Below, one piece after another: positions 39,873-55,658 of a stretch of 64,000 nucleotides of DNA. How positions within the stretch are numbered: the stretch's first letter is position 1; each line of letters opens with the position of its first letter. Source of the stretch: Octopus vulgaris (lineage: Eukaryota); NCBI GenBank assembly GCA_951406725.2, contig OX597816.1, positions 78,120,001 through 78,184,000 on the forward strand, written 5' to 3'. The position numbers and the translations under genes were made by a program. Under the pieces are notes generated by a model, which was given only the letters and a program-made list of their open reading frames with translations, was not told the DNA's origin and ran no database searches.

Positions 39873-42800
39873 ATTGCACTTAATAAACAAAACAGTCTTC
39901 AGTTACTAGAAATAATCTAATGCAAACTTCAAAACACAAATATATAATTGTAGAACTGTAGAACACCACCAGAGAGAAATCAATGTCTGATTGAAGTATC
40001 AAGGAACATCAAATTCCAAACATTGAAACTGGTTTGCAAGCAAATTATAAATAAAATGTTACTATAACCAGTGCAATCAACTCATCACTTTAATCAACAT
40101 CTTTTCTCATGCTCTTGATAATTAAATCTATGTAGAAATATAAAAAATTGATTGCACATAAAGAAACTACAACCAAAGTCTGTACGTAATAAATTTAAAT
40201 ACAACCATCTATATTTATTTACATAGAAAGAAAAACAGCAAACAAATGTAGCTTGTGACAGAAACCAACCCAATAGCATTAAAACTATAAGCCTAAATTT
40301 CATCAATCCTATATAAAATAAAGTATAAAATAACAGTTGGAAGGAAGGAAAGTACTATACTGGAACTCACATGATGAATTTTGTTTATTACATTTTATGG
40401 ATGCCACACTCGTGATTCTGAGGATGCCAAGTTTAGATTTGAAGATGATAAAATTTGGATCAAAACCACATAGCCTAATGAATGTGAAATTTGGGAAGGT
40501 AGCTCATATTTCTTTCACCAAGCAATCTACAATTACACACACACAAAAAAAACTTCAAAATCTACAGAAGAACTGCAAAAAAGTTTTTAGGTCATTTTTT
40601 TTTATGATTTGAAATTTTCTATTTCCAACAAAGTAATTTTATTAAATAAAATATAGTTTATTTGGACTGAAGAAAATATAAATTCATACTGTGTTGTGCA
40701 TAAAATACATAGTTTACTGGCTTTAATGTGTTTATCTTTATAGGAAACTAATGAAAATCTGCATCATATAAAATTCTAATGCTTAGGGCAAATGTTTCAG
40801 ACACTGTAACACAATAACAACATTCCAGTTCCTGAATGTTTTAAGATATTTGAAAATCTTCAAATATTGTAAAAGAATACAGATATTGATCCAATAATCA
40901 TATTCCACTTCTGTAAATTTTAAAATATGTAAGATTCAGGGAGCCTGGTATTGTCATGTTTGACCACCAATGATTTTGATGCTCAACTATGTTTTATGTA
41001 TTTTCAAAATGCTGACAGTATGAAAGAATTGCAACTGTTTCTTCTGGCCACAGAGAGGATATTTAACAGTTTCTTTTTGGTAGATCATCATACAAACACC
41101 AAATCTTCTAAAGTTCAAGTTGTGTGAGCATGAATGAAGATACTGTCTTCTGCTTCATTTCAAAATTTAATCCTATTTAGTCCTAATTATGAATTATTAA
41201 TGTATGCAAGGTCATTCTTGTTTGTACTCTTCAATCAAGCTAGGTATTCATGCAACTTTCTTCCAATTTTTTTTCATCATTTTCCTGACTGCAGACAGCT
41301 AACAAAAAAAATGCTTCCCAATCTTTTGTACAAAATTACATTAAGGTACATAATGTCTGATTTGAACTTATACAATTAAGGTTTTCATAAATAGGATATC
41401 TAATAAAACATACATATATATTTTAACTCAACACACCAATGTAAAAAGTGTCCTCTTGATGTTTTGGGACAAAGAAAACAACCAAATCTGCCTCAGAGCA
41501 CACCTTACCATGTAATCCTAGGTATACTATGCCTAAAAATAAAACAAAATGAATGCTAGAACTTTTGATTATAAGTCTGCATGACCATAACTAGCCTAGA
41601 ACTAAACAATTTTGAATGGCCCACTGCCAAAGTACTTTATCCACCTTTAATCATAATACGCCTTACTTTGCTACTGAGTAACATTCTACCATTTGATATA
41701 AAATAAGCTAAAACAGAAAAGAGTAAACTTCTAAATGATAAAATTTATTAAAACAATAGTAAATAACTCAATATATTAGAAAACAAGTTATAACTGAGAA
41801 GAAGAAAAATTCTGAATTCCTAACTTCTCCCAATCCAATTTTTAAAAATACTTTGACTTTCAAGTTTAGTAGAAATTTATATTGCCAAAATTTAACAAGA
41901 ACCTGTGTAGTCACTTGACCAGCTACAAATAGTCAATCTTTTTCAGAATAACAGTAACTTGAAAAGAGAAAAATATATTGTAAAATCTAATTCTAAAACA
42001 ATATGTCAGAATAGAAGACAGGGTAATTATGGTTGTCAACATGCAGATGGGAAAAAAAAGTGTGACAATGCAAAACAGACAGTTTGAATGTTGAAAAGTA
42101 GTATCTAAGTGCAAGATATATACAATACAATACAATGTGCAAAACACCAAAATCTTATCTAAATCTGCTCTGAATTCTAACGCACACAAAGTACTACTGT
42201 TTTTATACTAAAATCTCCAGCTCCAACAATGATCTGGTTCTAACTACAATAACTCCTCTCCAGACATTTCCTCATCTACATATAGCCACCAGAACCTTCA
42301 CCCAGTTTTACCAAACAAAACCCATCTCTATTCCTCATCATTTCTATTATAACTGACTTTCAAACCCTGCATTAACCATTTTTCACAATCCTTGTTTCCC
42401 AGAGCACTAACCATCTGATATTCCTCTCAGTTGCCCATGTCAACTGACATGTTCATGTTGAACATCAGCAGTATCAACCTGTAATAAGGAGGCAGAACTT
42501 CAAAAGTTATGGGCACTCCATTTCTGATTAAACCTTAAACCAACCCCAAAATTTCTTATAATCATCTTCCTATCACAGTCATCACAAGGATCAAAAGAAA
42601 TAACTGCTTCCATCAAGAGACAAAATTACAGTTCACAGAATATCACCATATATGGTACATTCATTCAACAAAATAATTGCAGAAGCTTATGAATTCATAC
42701 CATAGACTAAAACCACTACACTTAAGCACACAAACCTCACACAAAGTGGAGAAAATGACAGCTTCGGCAACGTAACTCCTCAAACATTCCATCTAACATC

Positions 42801-43127
42801 AAAATCAGCAAATTTAAAACTATTTCCCACCACTCACTCATAAACCTTAAGAATTTGCTTGATCTGTAAGAAAAATAACTAAATTTCCCTCAAATCACAA
42901 TCTATCATGTTATGGGGAAAATGCAGTATGAACAGGGTGGTTACATCTAGAAAACCTTTGATCATAGATCTATTCTTTCAGAACAAACTGGGCAAAACAA
43001 CAAAACTGCTGGCTGGCAAACTATCTAAAAGTTCACAAAGCATCTGCAAAGTACAATAAATACACACCTACCAAATGTAATTTCCCCCAACTACCACAAC
43101 TATCACACATTATTTTTAACCTGTACC

Positions 43128-43569
43128 TACATAAAAACCACCATTCAAGTGTTGTTGTTGTTAGTGCTACCTGACTGGCTCCTGTGCCGGTGGCACGTAA
43201 AAAGCACCATTCAAGTGTTGTTATTGTCAGTGCCACCTGACTGGCTCCTGTGCCAGTGGCACATAAAAAGCACCATTCAAGTGTTGTTATTGTCAGTGCC
43301 ACCTGACTGGCTCCTGTGCCAGTGGCACGTAAAAAGCACCATTCGAGCATGATCGATGCCAGTACCACCTGACTGACCCTCATGCCGGTGGCACGTGAAA
43401 AGTACTCACTACACTCTGAGAGTGGTTGGCGCTGGGAAGGGCATCCAGCTGTAGAAACCTTGCCAGATCAGATTGAAACTTGGTGCAGCCTTCTGGCTTG
43501 CCAGTCCTCAGTCAAACTATCCAACCTATTCTAGCATGGAAAGCAGACGTTAAACAATGATGATGATGA
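43128..43569 (+). mobile_element. RTE 3' end with ~63-bp hairpin array
   Basis: About 4-5 GTGCCRGTGGCAC units, then tail and (GAT)n. Confidence 0.85.
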
Positions 43570-44119
43570 GTGTACTTTGAATGTCACATATTGCCGGAAA
43601 TAATGAAACAAAAATACTCAAAATGAAAGATCAACTGAAAATGTAAGAGAGCTTGCACCAAGTTTTTACTCAAACATACATTGTCGCAATAGGTCCAATA
43701 ACACCAAACATGTCTACAACAGGCAAACATATATACACACTTGATCAACAGCAACATCAATAGCTTCACTAGCCCAAAACACTGTGCTAGGATTATACTA
43801 CCATTAAATACAAATATCACACTGCAATCGATTCTACCAATCTATTTCAGTGTAGCCAAGATCAGAACCTACACAAACAGACTGGTCAGTGGAGGAAACA
43901 CACCATGATCAGACAACAACATAATGATAATCCACTACATAACAGCATAGTGTGGTCCTCAATCAAATGGAGTGTGTCATATCAGGATTGTTGGATCATA
44001 TCTTGTCTAATCAGTATCTAAGACAATTTGATCAAGCCTATCAGGGACAACATTACAACAGGTATACCAGAAAAGCAGAATAGCAGAGGAAGTACCCCAT
44101 ACTACTCCATACAATTAGG

Positions 44120-44412
44120 GTAAAGGCTCCCTTCGGTCATAAATGACCATGAGATTACACCTAAAAAATTACCCTCTGAGGCACAAGCTTAAACAGGTTC
44201 TTTGTGGAAGACCAGCAGTTGCCCATGCATACCAGTCTCCTCTCTCCACACCAACAATGTTGTCCACGGGAAAGGCAAAGGCCAAGACAGCTTGACTCTA
44301 GTAAAGTCACAACTCATTTCTATGGCTAAGTGAACTGGAGCAATGTAAAAAAGCCTGGTCATGAAATTGAACTCACTACCTCATGATGCTCTAACCACTA
44401 AGCAATGCACCT
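44120..44412 (-). mobile_element. tRNA-derived SINE, different family
   Basis: Minus-strand head AGGTGCATTGCTTAGTGGTTAGAGC...GAGTTCAATT. Confidence 0.5.
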
Positions 44413-45031
44413 TTATGCAATTAGCCACTGTATATCAGTGTGTATCATGTGGTCCTCAACCAAGTAGAAACGTTACATTTGGAGCACTGGTCTGTGGATT
44501 ACATGGTCATTCAGGCTACTATCCACATGCTATATGGTTGCTTAACTGGAGGAGACTTGGGCTGCATAACAACTAAATAGTAGAACTCAAACTGAAAGAC
44601 ACAAAATAGTATTTTAACAAGGATACTTTTGGTATTTTACTAATGTTATCTGAAGACTTTTATATTACTGAGAGAGGCCAGTTTCTTTCATTCTATTTAT
44701 ACAGATGTCACTACATTGTTAACGAAATTAGAAAAAGATAACAAATACTAATTGCTATCATCTAGTGTTTTCAATTTAATACCAACTTGACCAGTGATAG
44801 CGTGAAGGAATGAGATTAAATTTTAGACGGCCTCAGATGTTTAATTAATGTCCAAGAAGGTTAGCTAATATTTTGTTAATAAAAAGAATTGGAACAGTTT
44901 CTTATGTCACAGCTGGCAGATATTGAGTTTAGTGGACAAGTAGTATTATAAATTGGCTGTAGCAGGATGCTTTTAAAATGCTATTAAATTCATAAATCAT
45001 GCTAAAAAAAAAACGATAGTTAACCAACAAT

Positions 45032-46160
45032 ATCATCGTTTAATGTTCAATCTCCATACTAGCATGGGTTGGACAATTTGACTGAGGTCTGGCGAACCAG
45101 ATGGCCTGCACCAGGCTCCAATCTGATCTGGTAGAGTTTCTACAGCTGGATGCCCTTCCTAACACCAACCACTCCGAGAGTGTAGTGGGTGCTTTTACAT
45201 GCCACTAGCACGAGGGCCTGTCAGGCAGTACTGACAATGGCCACGCTCAAATGGTGATTTTTATGTGCCACCTGTACAGGAGCCAGTCCAGCAGCACTGG
45301 CAACAATCTCGCTCAAATATTTTTCACGTGCCTCCAGTACAAGTGCCAGTAAGGCAACACAGGTAACGATCACGCTCAAATGGTGCTTTTTACATGCCAG
45401 TGGCATGGAAGCCAGTTTGTTGCTCTGCCAACAATCACACTCCAATGGTGCTCTCAGCGCTCCACTAGCACGGATGCCAGTCATTGAATTTGATTTCGAT
45501 TTCACTTGCCTCAACAGGTCTTCACAAGCAGAGTTTAGTGTCCAATGAAGGAAAGGTACGCATTATATAAGTGGGCTGGTTACACTACTAGCATAGGCCA
45601 TGAAGTTATGGTCTCACTTGGCTTGCTGAGTCTTCTCAAGCACAGCATATTTCCAAAGGTCCCAGTCACTAGTCATTGCCTTGGTGAGGCCCAATGTTTG
45701 AAGGTCATGCTTCACCACCTCATCCCAGGTCTTCCTGAGTCTACCTCTTCCACAGGTTCCCTCAACCGCTAGGGTGTGGCACTTTTTCACACAGCTATTC
45801 ACATCCATTCTCGCCACATGGCCATATCAGCACAGTCATCTCTCTTGCACACCACATCTGATACTTCTTAGGTTCAACTTTTCTCTCAAGGTACTTACAC
45901 TCTGTCGAATATGCACACTGACATTACACATCCAGCGGAGCATACTGGCTTCATTTCTTGCAAGCTTACGCATGTCCTCAGCAGTCACAGCCCATGTTTC
46001 ACTGCCATGTAGCATGGCTGTTCGTACACATGTGTCATACAGTCTACCTTTTACTCTGAGCGAGAGGCCCTTTGTCACCAGTAAAAATGGAGCTCTCTGA
46101 ACTTTGCCCAGGCTATTCTTATTCTAGAAGCTACACTTTCAGTGCACCCTCCCCCTTACT
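45032..46160 (-). mobile_element. 5'-truncated RTE LINE
   Basis: TKGLSLRVKGRLYDTCVRTAMLHGSETWA...GRGRLRKTWDEVVK, plus array and tail. Confidence 0.92.
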
Positions 46161-49100
46161 TTTCCACTATGAATATGTTTGAAAATTATTTTTTTTTTAG
46201 ACTATATTAAAATTGTTATAAGGCAAGAGAAATGCATTCATAAAATACTATGATGTACATTACTTGAATTTATGGTTCACTACTTGAGAAGTGAATTTAT
46301 AAAGGGTCAGAGAAAAATAATAGCTAATAAACATTCAACAAAAAAAAACAAACCTAGCTAGTAAAAATTCAATAAATATATTTTGAAGGGAAAAATAACT
46401 TTGATAGACATAAGGTGTGCAATTATTATTATAAATGAATTCACATAAAAGATATAAACAAGGACACTCCCACAAAAACTAAAACAAGTTTTGCAAAGCT
46501 GAAATCAAATATACTGACTTCTACACAAGTTCACAAAGAATCCTGACATTAACACATTTACCTACAAAGTTTCAATAAAATTACATATGCACCTAAGAAC
46601 TTTGTTCAAGAGATATTGTTAAACAAAGAAAAACAAACGAATCCACACTAATTAAAATGGAAAACAGCAGTAAAAGAAACATTTGACAACAAGCTAACAC
46701 CAAAGACATAAAACAAGAATGTAAAAAATGTGTAGCAACAAGAACTCCATCAATCATACCCATCAAATACCTACACAAAGGGTAAACACATTTTTATAAA
46801 ATTAACTGCCACAGAGAAAATAGTATCACAATGTTACTTGTATCTATTAGATCATGACCTAAAACAGTTTCCTTACAGATACAAAGAATAAAAACTAAAA
46901 CCACATACTACCAAACCAGAAATCATATCACACCAAGGCATGCACACACATTTAACTAGACCAGTGAAAACCGATAAAAATGGAAACTAGTTAAGTTCAT
47001 AGATATACAAATGCTTGGTGAAAAGAAAATGCCACATGTGCAGCATACTACAAACTCATTACACATACCTCTGCACTCTTTCAAACAAATTACAAAGATA
47101 TATTCTTGACATAATCAATCCTCATATGACTTTTTTCAATGTACATTACAAATATTTAACAAACATTACATAATATCCTAACAATAGCAGATATATTTGA
47201 TTTTGATAATTTCTCAATCATTTCATCATCTGATCCCCTCATGAACCTGTGCTCACCTTCAGTGTACATGTCATTAAAAGAGTGAAAATCACATCTCCAT
47301 CAAGGACACCCAGCCACTGAAGGAGGTCATTTTTATGCTAAGATCTGAACTCATTTCTGCAAGTCAATGAATAACTTATCAATTCTGGGACTGCAAATGT
47401 TTACTGTAGTGAATTACATACCCTGTAGTTGTAATATATAGATTAGGTAAATTTGATCATTCAAAGTTTTTTTATTTGTTTAGTCTGGAGGAAAGGGCCT
47501 TCACATACCCTATGAGATTGGAGAGACTGATGTGATTAATAAATTGATAGAACATTTGCATGTTGATGGCCAGATGGGGACAGTCAATTTGTTGGATGGT
47601 TATCCAGTACTCTGTCAACTGTGCTCCTGTCCAGATTAAAATTTTAAAAAATATTCCATATATCTTAATTTAACAATGATGGACATACAAGGACACAAAC
47701 AATATATGCTTTCATAAAATCTTTTCAGTACATGGCATCCAAGCCATAACCAACTTTGCAGAATCCTCTGTTTCTACATGCAGTACACCTGCAGAGAAAG
47801 CCTCCACACTTGCTTTCAATTTGCATCCAACTCCAAACTGCTTACATTAAGTAAATTTCTCAGAAAACTATTCCCTACAATTCAACCATACTTAGCACCA
47901 TGCACATATACACACCAAATGCAAATGCAAAAGTAACTGTGATCACTTCAAATCAACTAAGCCATGAACCCTGACAATGAGCTTTCCATCATCCTCAAAC
48001 AATGCACATACTCACCAATCTTTCTCTTTCTCTATCTACAGGGATATATTTCAGTCTTTGGAAACACTACATTGTGCCCTTTCAGAAGAATAGCAACCCT
48101 CTGATCCAGCCAACTAATGTTCTATCATACACATTTCCAATATCCCAATGGTAACAGAGAGAGCCAACAACATTCTCTAACATCCTCAGTATATCTCACT
48201 GTTTAATAATCATCTTCACACTTTTGAAGAAGTAGATCAAGATGAGAGACCTATTCTTCTATGTCACTAATGGATTCTAGAGAAATTTGTAAAAACACTG
48301 TTACTACCTTCAACATCAAAGCTTTCAACACTGCTTGATGGGAAAATCTTGAAATACAAAATTATTAAATATTCAGCATCTTTCATATACATCAATGCTC
48401 TTCATAAATGAAGTAGAAGCCATAACTAAAACAAATGTTTTAAATGTTAAATAATTTGATTAGTAGGAGAGATATGTCTCTAACATCTACAGGTTCCCCC
48501 AGACTAGTGAGACTGTTGAAGCTTCAACATTACAAGAAAACCATGGGAGAGGAGGGAATCAGAGACCTGGATCAAATGTTTGCAACAGTGTGAACTCTTG
48601 AAAATATACTCAAAACCGAGAGATGTTAAACTAATAATGAGGGCAGAGCCAAACTAAAGAAAAAAGAAAAAAAAATTTAAGGATAGTCTTTGAGGAGTAC
48701 AATAATTGTATCAAGGACTATGCCAGCCCTGCTGAATATTCCAATCTCTTTACTACAAAATATTTCATCCAACAAGGAAGTTCTGTGTGGTCACGCCCAA
48801 TCTGCTAAAAATAGCACCCAAATCCTCCCTCACACTATATGAATTTCAATCTTCCATGAAAAAATGTTTGGTTGTAGGAAATATTACCTTGATTGGAAAC
48901 TGTAGACATTTAAATGATGATGTATGTGCATCATTCACCAATGTATAAAGGGTAAAAAATGTAAACATTAGTAAGAAAATGGAGCTTTTTCTAGTTAAGT
49001 CTTTCATGATAGTTTTTCTGCACTGAGTTAAAGACTATTCTTAGTCAGAAATGCAGTGACCAAGTAATTAGCCAGTTGAAAACCTGTAACTAATGACACT

Positions 49101-49376
49101 ATTATTTATTAATTGTGGTAGAAAAAAAACTTACTTCCACTTTGAAAAAAAAACTTCAACTGCTGAGGGTGATATTTATGCTTCTAGTTTAACTATTAAA
49201 ACTGCAACAAACTGCTCAGTCATTGAAAACATATTCATTAGAAATTCACTAGGATACTTGTCTTACAGCAAACTTAGGACCAGATTACATATGCAAAGCA
49301 AACTACTTTGAATTTAAATTTCTACTCTAAATCAAATGTATTACCAACAACCTTTAATAAAATAGGAATCTAATCA

Positions 49377-49752
49377 GGTGCAGACATGGCTGTGTGGTAA
49401 GAAACTTGCTTCCTAACCACATGGTTCCAGGTTCAGTCCCATTGCATGGTACCTTGGGCAAGTGTCTTCTATTATAGCCTCAGGCTGACCAAAGTCTTGT
49501 GAGTGGATTTGGTAGATGGAAACTGAAAGAAACCTGTTGTTTGTGTATGTGTGTGTGTATGTTTGTGTCTCCCACCATCACTTGACAACCAATGTAGGTG
49601 TGTTTACATCCATGTAACTTAGCAGTTCAGCAAAAGGAAGCAATAGAATAAGTACTAAGCTTACAAAGAATAAGTCCTGGGGTCGATTCATTCAACTGAA
49701 GGTGATGCTCCAGCATGGCCAAGTCAAATGACTGAAACAAGTAAAAGAATAA
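49377..49752 (+). mobile_element. Full-length tRNA-derived SINE
   Basis: Colinear with 29979-30370. Confidence 0.85.
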
Positions 49753-50021
49753 AACCCACTGACCAAATACCATATTTTCCATGTATAGACCAAGATTTAC
49801 ACGAAAAAACAGGTAGGTTGACTTATACACCAAGACAATGACTAAAAGGTCCTCCTGACCCAATGTTTTCACCCATCTGTCAACCATTTTGTAGAAGAAT
49901 GAGCAGAAACATAGGATCAAAAGAATCCTTTACTTTTCAGTGGCGTATAAAACATTATCAGACTGATGTACAGCAGTCCATATAACCAAACACTACATAA
50001 ACATATATATATATATATATA

Positions 50022-51106
50022 TGGGCAAGGTTCAGAGAGCTCCTACCTCTGCTGGTGACAAAGCCTCTCTCTCAGAGTAAAAGGTAGACTGTATAACGTA
50101 TGTGTACAAACAGTCATGCTACATGGCAGTGAAACATGGGCTGTGACTGCTGAGGACATGCGTAAGCTAGCAAGGAATGAAGCCAGTATGCTCCATTGGA
50201 TGTGTAATGTTAGTGTGCATACACAACAGAGTGTAAGCACCCTGAGAGAAAAGTTGAACTTAAGAAGCACCAGATGTGGTGTGCAAGAGAGATGACTGTG
50301 CTGGTATAGTTATGTGTTGTGAATGGATGAGGACAGCGGTGTGAAAAAGTGTCACACCCTAGCAGTTGAGGGAACTTGTGGAAGTGGTAAACCCAGGAAG
50401 ACCTTGGATGAGGTGGTGAAGCACAACCTTCAAACATTGGGCCTCACCGAGGCAATGACTAGTGACTGAGACCTTTGGCGATATGCTGTGCTTGAGAAGA
50501 CCCAGCAAGCCAAGTGAGACCATAACCTGTGGCCTATGACAGTGATGTGTAACCAGCCCACTTATGAGTATCCTTCATTCATTGGACAATAAACTTTGCT
50601 TGTGAAGAACTGTTGAGGCAAGTGAAATCAAAATCGTTGACATGGCTGATGACAGTACCACTTGATTCACACCTGTGCCAGAGGAATGTTAAAAGCACCA
50701 TCCGAGTGTGATCGTTGCCAAGGCCGCTAACTGGCTCCCGTGCCAGTGGCACGTAAAAAGCACCATTTGAGCGTGATTGTTGCCAGTGTCGCCTTAGTGG
50801 CACCTGAAAAACAACATTCGAGTGTGGTCGTTGCCAGTGCTGCCAGACTGGCTCTTGTGCAGATGGCACATAAAAAGCACCATTTGAGCGTGGTCATTGC
50901 CAATACTGCCTGACTGGTCCATGTGCTGGCAGCACGTAAAAGCACACACTACACTCACAGAGTGATTGATGTTAGGAATGGCATCCAGCTGTAGAAACTT
51001 TGCCACATCAGATTGGAGCCTGGTGCAGCCTTCTGGCTCGCCAGTCCTCAAACCGTGCAACCCATACCAACATGGAAAGCAGACATTAAATGATGACGAT
51101 GATGAT
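50022..51106 (+). mobile_element. 5'-truncated RTE LINE
   Basis: Colinear with 22018-23284; begins in (TA)n and ends in (GAT)n. Confidence 0.92.
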
Positions 51107-54100
51107 ATGTGTGTGTGTGTTCTACACAAATGTGACCTCTGCAAGTCATAATGAAAGCAACCCATCAAGGAGAGCAAACTCAAATTAAAATGAAGAGTAG
51201 AGATGAATCTTTAGTATTGTTACAGATATTTAGTGTTAGTATGATAAACTATATGCATTCACACTGGAAAGACATCCAGGTGTAAAAACCAAGCAAAAAA
51301 AGAAAAACAAAATCACATATACGAGTAGATTCAGTTTACTTTGTTGCTATGTATGCCAGATGATGAAGAACCTCAGCAAGTAGTGATAAGGGCCACAAGA
51401 CAGTCAACAAAAATGGACATAAAATGATAAATAACAATTTTCTTTACAATATGAATAAAACCTAGTCGTGATGTTATAGAGTCATTAAATCAAATGACAC
51501 AATTGCGATGTCCAATGGCAGTAATAGTTGGCAATGAGAAAAGATTCCAATAGTTGAAAAATAAAGAGTTGGCAATGACCTACAGAACATATACTGTAGC
51601 AGCAAATATAACATAAAAAAATTTGTTAGTGGTATATGAAAATAGAAGAGTCATCACCATTTTTCAGTCTACTTTTCCATGCTGGCATGGGATGGACAGG
51701 TTGTCATGGCTAAAGTAAGTTCTTATATTATTCCAATTTTTGATGTGGTTCTATGGCTGGATGCTTGTCCTATCACCAATACTCAAAAGTAGTATTGAAA
51801 ACAAAACTTTCATGCAAATAAATAAGCAGGAATTGTATATCTGATGGAACTTTATTAATTAAAACATGTATATATTAAATTGACTATTTATATTCTATTA
51901 ATTATGGGTGTTTTTTTTTTTGAAATGTGATCCTTTGCGCAGCAACCAGTAAATAAATCGAAGTATATATTGATATATCTTGAGATAAAGTTAAGATGAA
52001 AATTTCAATTGGGGCCTGAAGTCAAAAGAACTGTTTTTAGTTCATCTCATGAAATTCCAACATACTTAGACTCCTTTTACTTCTATCCAGATTTATATCA
52101 ATGCAAACTTTAACTTGTCAATGCTAGTGACTATCGTTAATACAGCTAATCCCTTAGTATATTAAAATATATTAAACAATGACAATAGGTAAGAATCAGC
52201 TACTAAATTATTTCGTAAATTTTTCCACCTAACTTAATGATATTCAAAATACTGCAATAAGTTTTCTCTTAATGCAAAATGTTTCAATTTAAATTTCTTG
52301 CATTAAGAGAAAATTAACTGTAATTCGTCACACTTTCTGGCTATTAGATTCTTTTAGCAAAATTTAATTTGTTGCAAGTACATATATCAAACACCAAGAT
52401 AAAAGACAACTCTATGCACTCCTATTTGAGAGAGAGAGAGAGTGCACTAGAAGAAATTTCCATCTTTTAAATTTTCTTTCCTCTTAAAAAACATCTTTTC
52501 CTTTATGTCACCTTCCAAATTAAACATATTTCCATTTTAAATAGATTGCACAAAACTACCTATTCTCCATCCATATTTTCCCTTTCAATCATTAATCTGA
52601 AAGAATTCAAACTAGAAAAATCAACATCTTCATTAATCTAATTTTTAAAAAAGGAAATAAATATACTAGTATATGTAGTGCAAACTTTGTCATGATGTAA
52701 TTAGCACATCATATTCAGTAACCAAGCACAGTGCATTTGTCAGTGGACCAAACAATCATTGATGTTGGTGATAATTACAACTTAGATTTTTACATTACTG
52801 TTTAATCTGCAGCTACACATACCAGCTAAATCTCCTTTCAATCACACTCAACTATCTTTAAAAACAGAAAGATGTTGCATGATAGGTACACTAAAAAAAT
52901 GGAATATCTGATTATAGGCCTGTTTGATCAGGGCTAACCTGGGGTTAAACAACAAAAACATAAAACATGTTGGAAAACCTGACAGAAAATAAGATGAATG
53001 ATCTGAAACCTGTTGCACAGCATTTATTAATATAATGGCATGATGGAAAACATGTAAACAGATGAGATCAATAATTAAATCAAGAAAACCTCAGAACAAA
53101 TATAAATTTTTAACCAATAAGAAAATTCCTAGTTCTCAATTGAAATGGTGGTGCTAGAACATGAATTGTTATAACACTTCATTCAATCTTCGTCTGTAGT
53201 GGAGCTGTTATTAACTGGAAGCATGAATGCAAAATGGCATGAATGTATGCATGTGATGATTATTAGAAACACTCTTGGAATTCATCTTTAACCTACAACA
53301 TATTTTGATAAAAACGTGAATTTGAAAGACAATTTGCATACATTATACACTATCAGAAAAATAAAACAGGAACACGCCAAATAAAGCATGTGTAATCAAA
53401 AAGGTCTAAAGAACTCGTAGAAATAGATGAAATGCCTTAGGAACTGAACTCAAGACCAATGAGTCGACTATCCAATAACAAATACTTGTACTTGTTAAAT
53501 CAATCGGATAATAAACTAAGTTCTAATACAACACAAAACATTAGCAGTGATAATTTCTGTCGAGTATCATTAATTTCTTTAATTGGCTCTTTTACTAACA
53601 ATATAGACACAGACTGTCCTTTCAACTATACACATTTAATTTGGCGGAAAGTTGCAACCTAAAATTAAAACACCTCCCACGTTTATAACTAACTACTATC
53701 GGATGATACGTATTTATTTTAATAATGGGAAAGATCACAAAAGACTTCTCTAAAAACAAATAAATCTGTTGCCTTTCAAAATATTGTCTCATTCATTCTC
53801 TTTCACTGAAAAAATGTGCCTGTCGGATAATTTGATAATTGATAATTTAGCTGGTCAGGGAAAAATTTGGCGATTAAAGTGGGAAAGCTGTTTTTATGCT
53901 GAAAAATCTATCATTAATCGCATTGCTTTAGCTAAATTTTCTAAATGTTAATTTTAAGGTTATAAATGTTATGCAATATAAATTGTTGTATAAAAGACTA
54001 CTTTTTGTTATACGGTGGGGTGGAGTCGGTGAACTAGAAAGCGGGGAACATAAAAATAAAGATTATGCTTGAGAAAGAAGGGTAATAAAGAAATGCAAAT

Positions 54101-55658
54101 ATTTTCTAACTATACGTCAAAAGAAAATGTGTTCAGCAGTCTGACGTTTAACATCATTCTACAGCAAGTTTAGAGAGAAAGAGAGACACAGACAGACAGA
54201 GTGAGTGGGAGATACAGAATTTAGTTAAAGACTTATGGGAACATACTTCGAATTCCAAAATGTTGTTAAGCTAACTTAGTGGGTGGATGAGGTTGCGCCT
54301 AAAGCAAAGGTAGCTAGCTGACCTATACGCTTTTCAACTGAAATTGATATTACAGTCTTTTTGCTCAATCACAATATCTTCTAGTTTTTCTAGTCTGATT
54401 AGCATATCTTAGATTAGTGTTTAATAATCTTCCGATGTTGACGTGACGTAAGCACCAACTGTTTCTTCCGAAGACAGCTGTTGTTGCAATGAGATCCCGA
54501 TCAAAAAAAAAACTAACCGGAAGTATGAGCTGGCAACCACTTCCGACAATCTAACTGTCCAGTAGTAAAAAGGGGGAGTTTCTTTCAATTAATGGTTTGC
54601 AGTTAATTCACTTCATGTCGCGGTTTGTGTATTAAGACTTCGTCGCATATACAATGAAAATAAAAGAGATAAATTCGAATAAAGTATAGAGAATCGAAGT
54701 ATGATGCACATGCCAATATGCACATATATATTATATGCCCGCTCGCCAATTTCCACTTCAATAGTAAATTGTTACCGGCAGAGAGGGAAAGTAAAAAGGG
54801 GAAAAAAGAGAAAAACTTGATGCTTGTTTACCGAATGAATATACTATAGTTCTCATTAAACTATTTATTAAAACCTAAGTAGCTAAATATATAGATTGAT
54901 TCTTTTTACTGGAGTAAATTTACTAGCAATATATTTCCAACAGAATGAGACATGTTTATATAAAGTATTTGCCTTGCTATTACACACAAAATTCTGAACT
55001 GACTTCAGATGTTAACCGTCCATCTATAAATACTTTAGCAGTCATTACGATATAAAATTGTATGAGCTTAGGTAAATCTTTCGAGAGAGAAAAAAAATGA
55101 ATCGAGCTAAGGTAAACGAGTGAGTGGATTGGAAGAGGTGTGCCGAGTAGAACCGGAGCAATTATAATGTGTTAGTTACCTTTTAACTCGAGTACATGGG
55201 GTACATAGTGATTACGATAGTACGAGATAACAATTTAGTTGACGTTTGGGACACTTAGAGTAATACATAAGACAAACAAGAGCATTAAACATAAACAGTA
55301 ATTAAGTTCTCGCTAGAAATTTCTAGCTTCTGTTTACTACTACGTTTTATAATATAGACTTCTGGAACGAAGAAATAAGGAGAATAATTGTTCTGGCGTG
55401 ATGAATAAATAAATGAATAAAACAAATAGGTTCCAAATGACATAATGTGTCAATGACCATAACCGAGTCAATGTTTTTGTTTTTGTATTTTCCTGAAACG
55501 AGGAAGTTATAAATGTAGACAGAATATAAAGCATTATTTGGAGTGGGAATGAAAATAGAAAGAGATAGTAACATATATACATTATATATATGTATATATA
55601 TATTATATATATATGATGAAGTGTGTGTGTGTATATATATATATATATTTCTACTTAC

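Larger units (their letters stand above)
151..55658 (-). other. AGFG1: AGFG1 intron between coding exons 1 and 2 (55,508 bp, GT-AG, phase 2)
   Basis: Donor and acceptor phases match, and the joined peptide (SGI-L-RGLNPP) is contiguous with known AGFG1. Confidence 0.9.

Noticed and set aside
47300-48700. Possible further LINE remnant (PSDPAN..I-like motif near 48100)
   Set aside because: Too degenerate to delimit or classify by eye.
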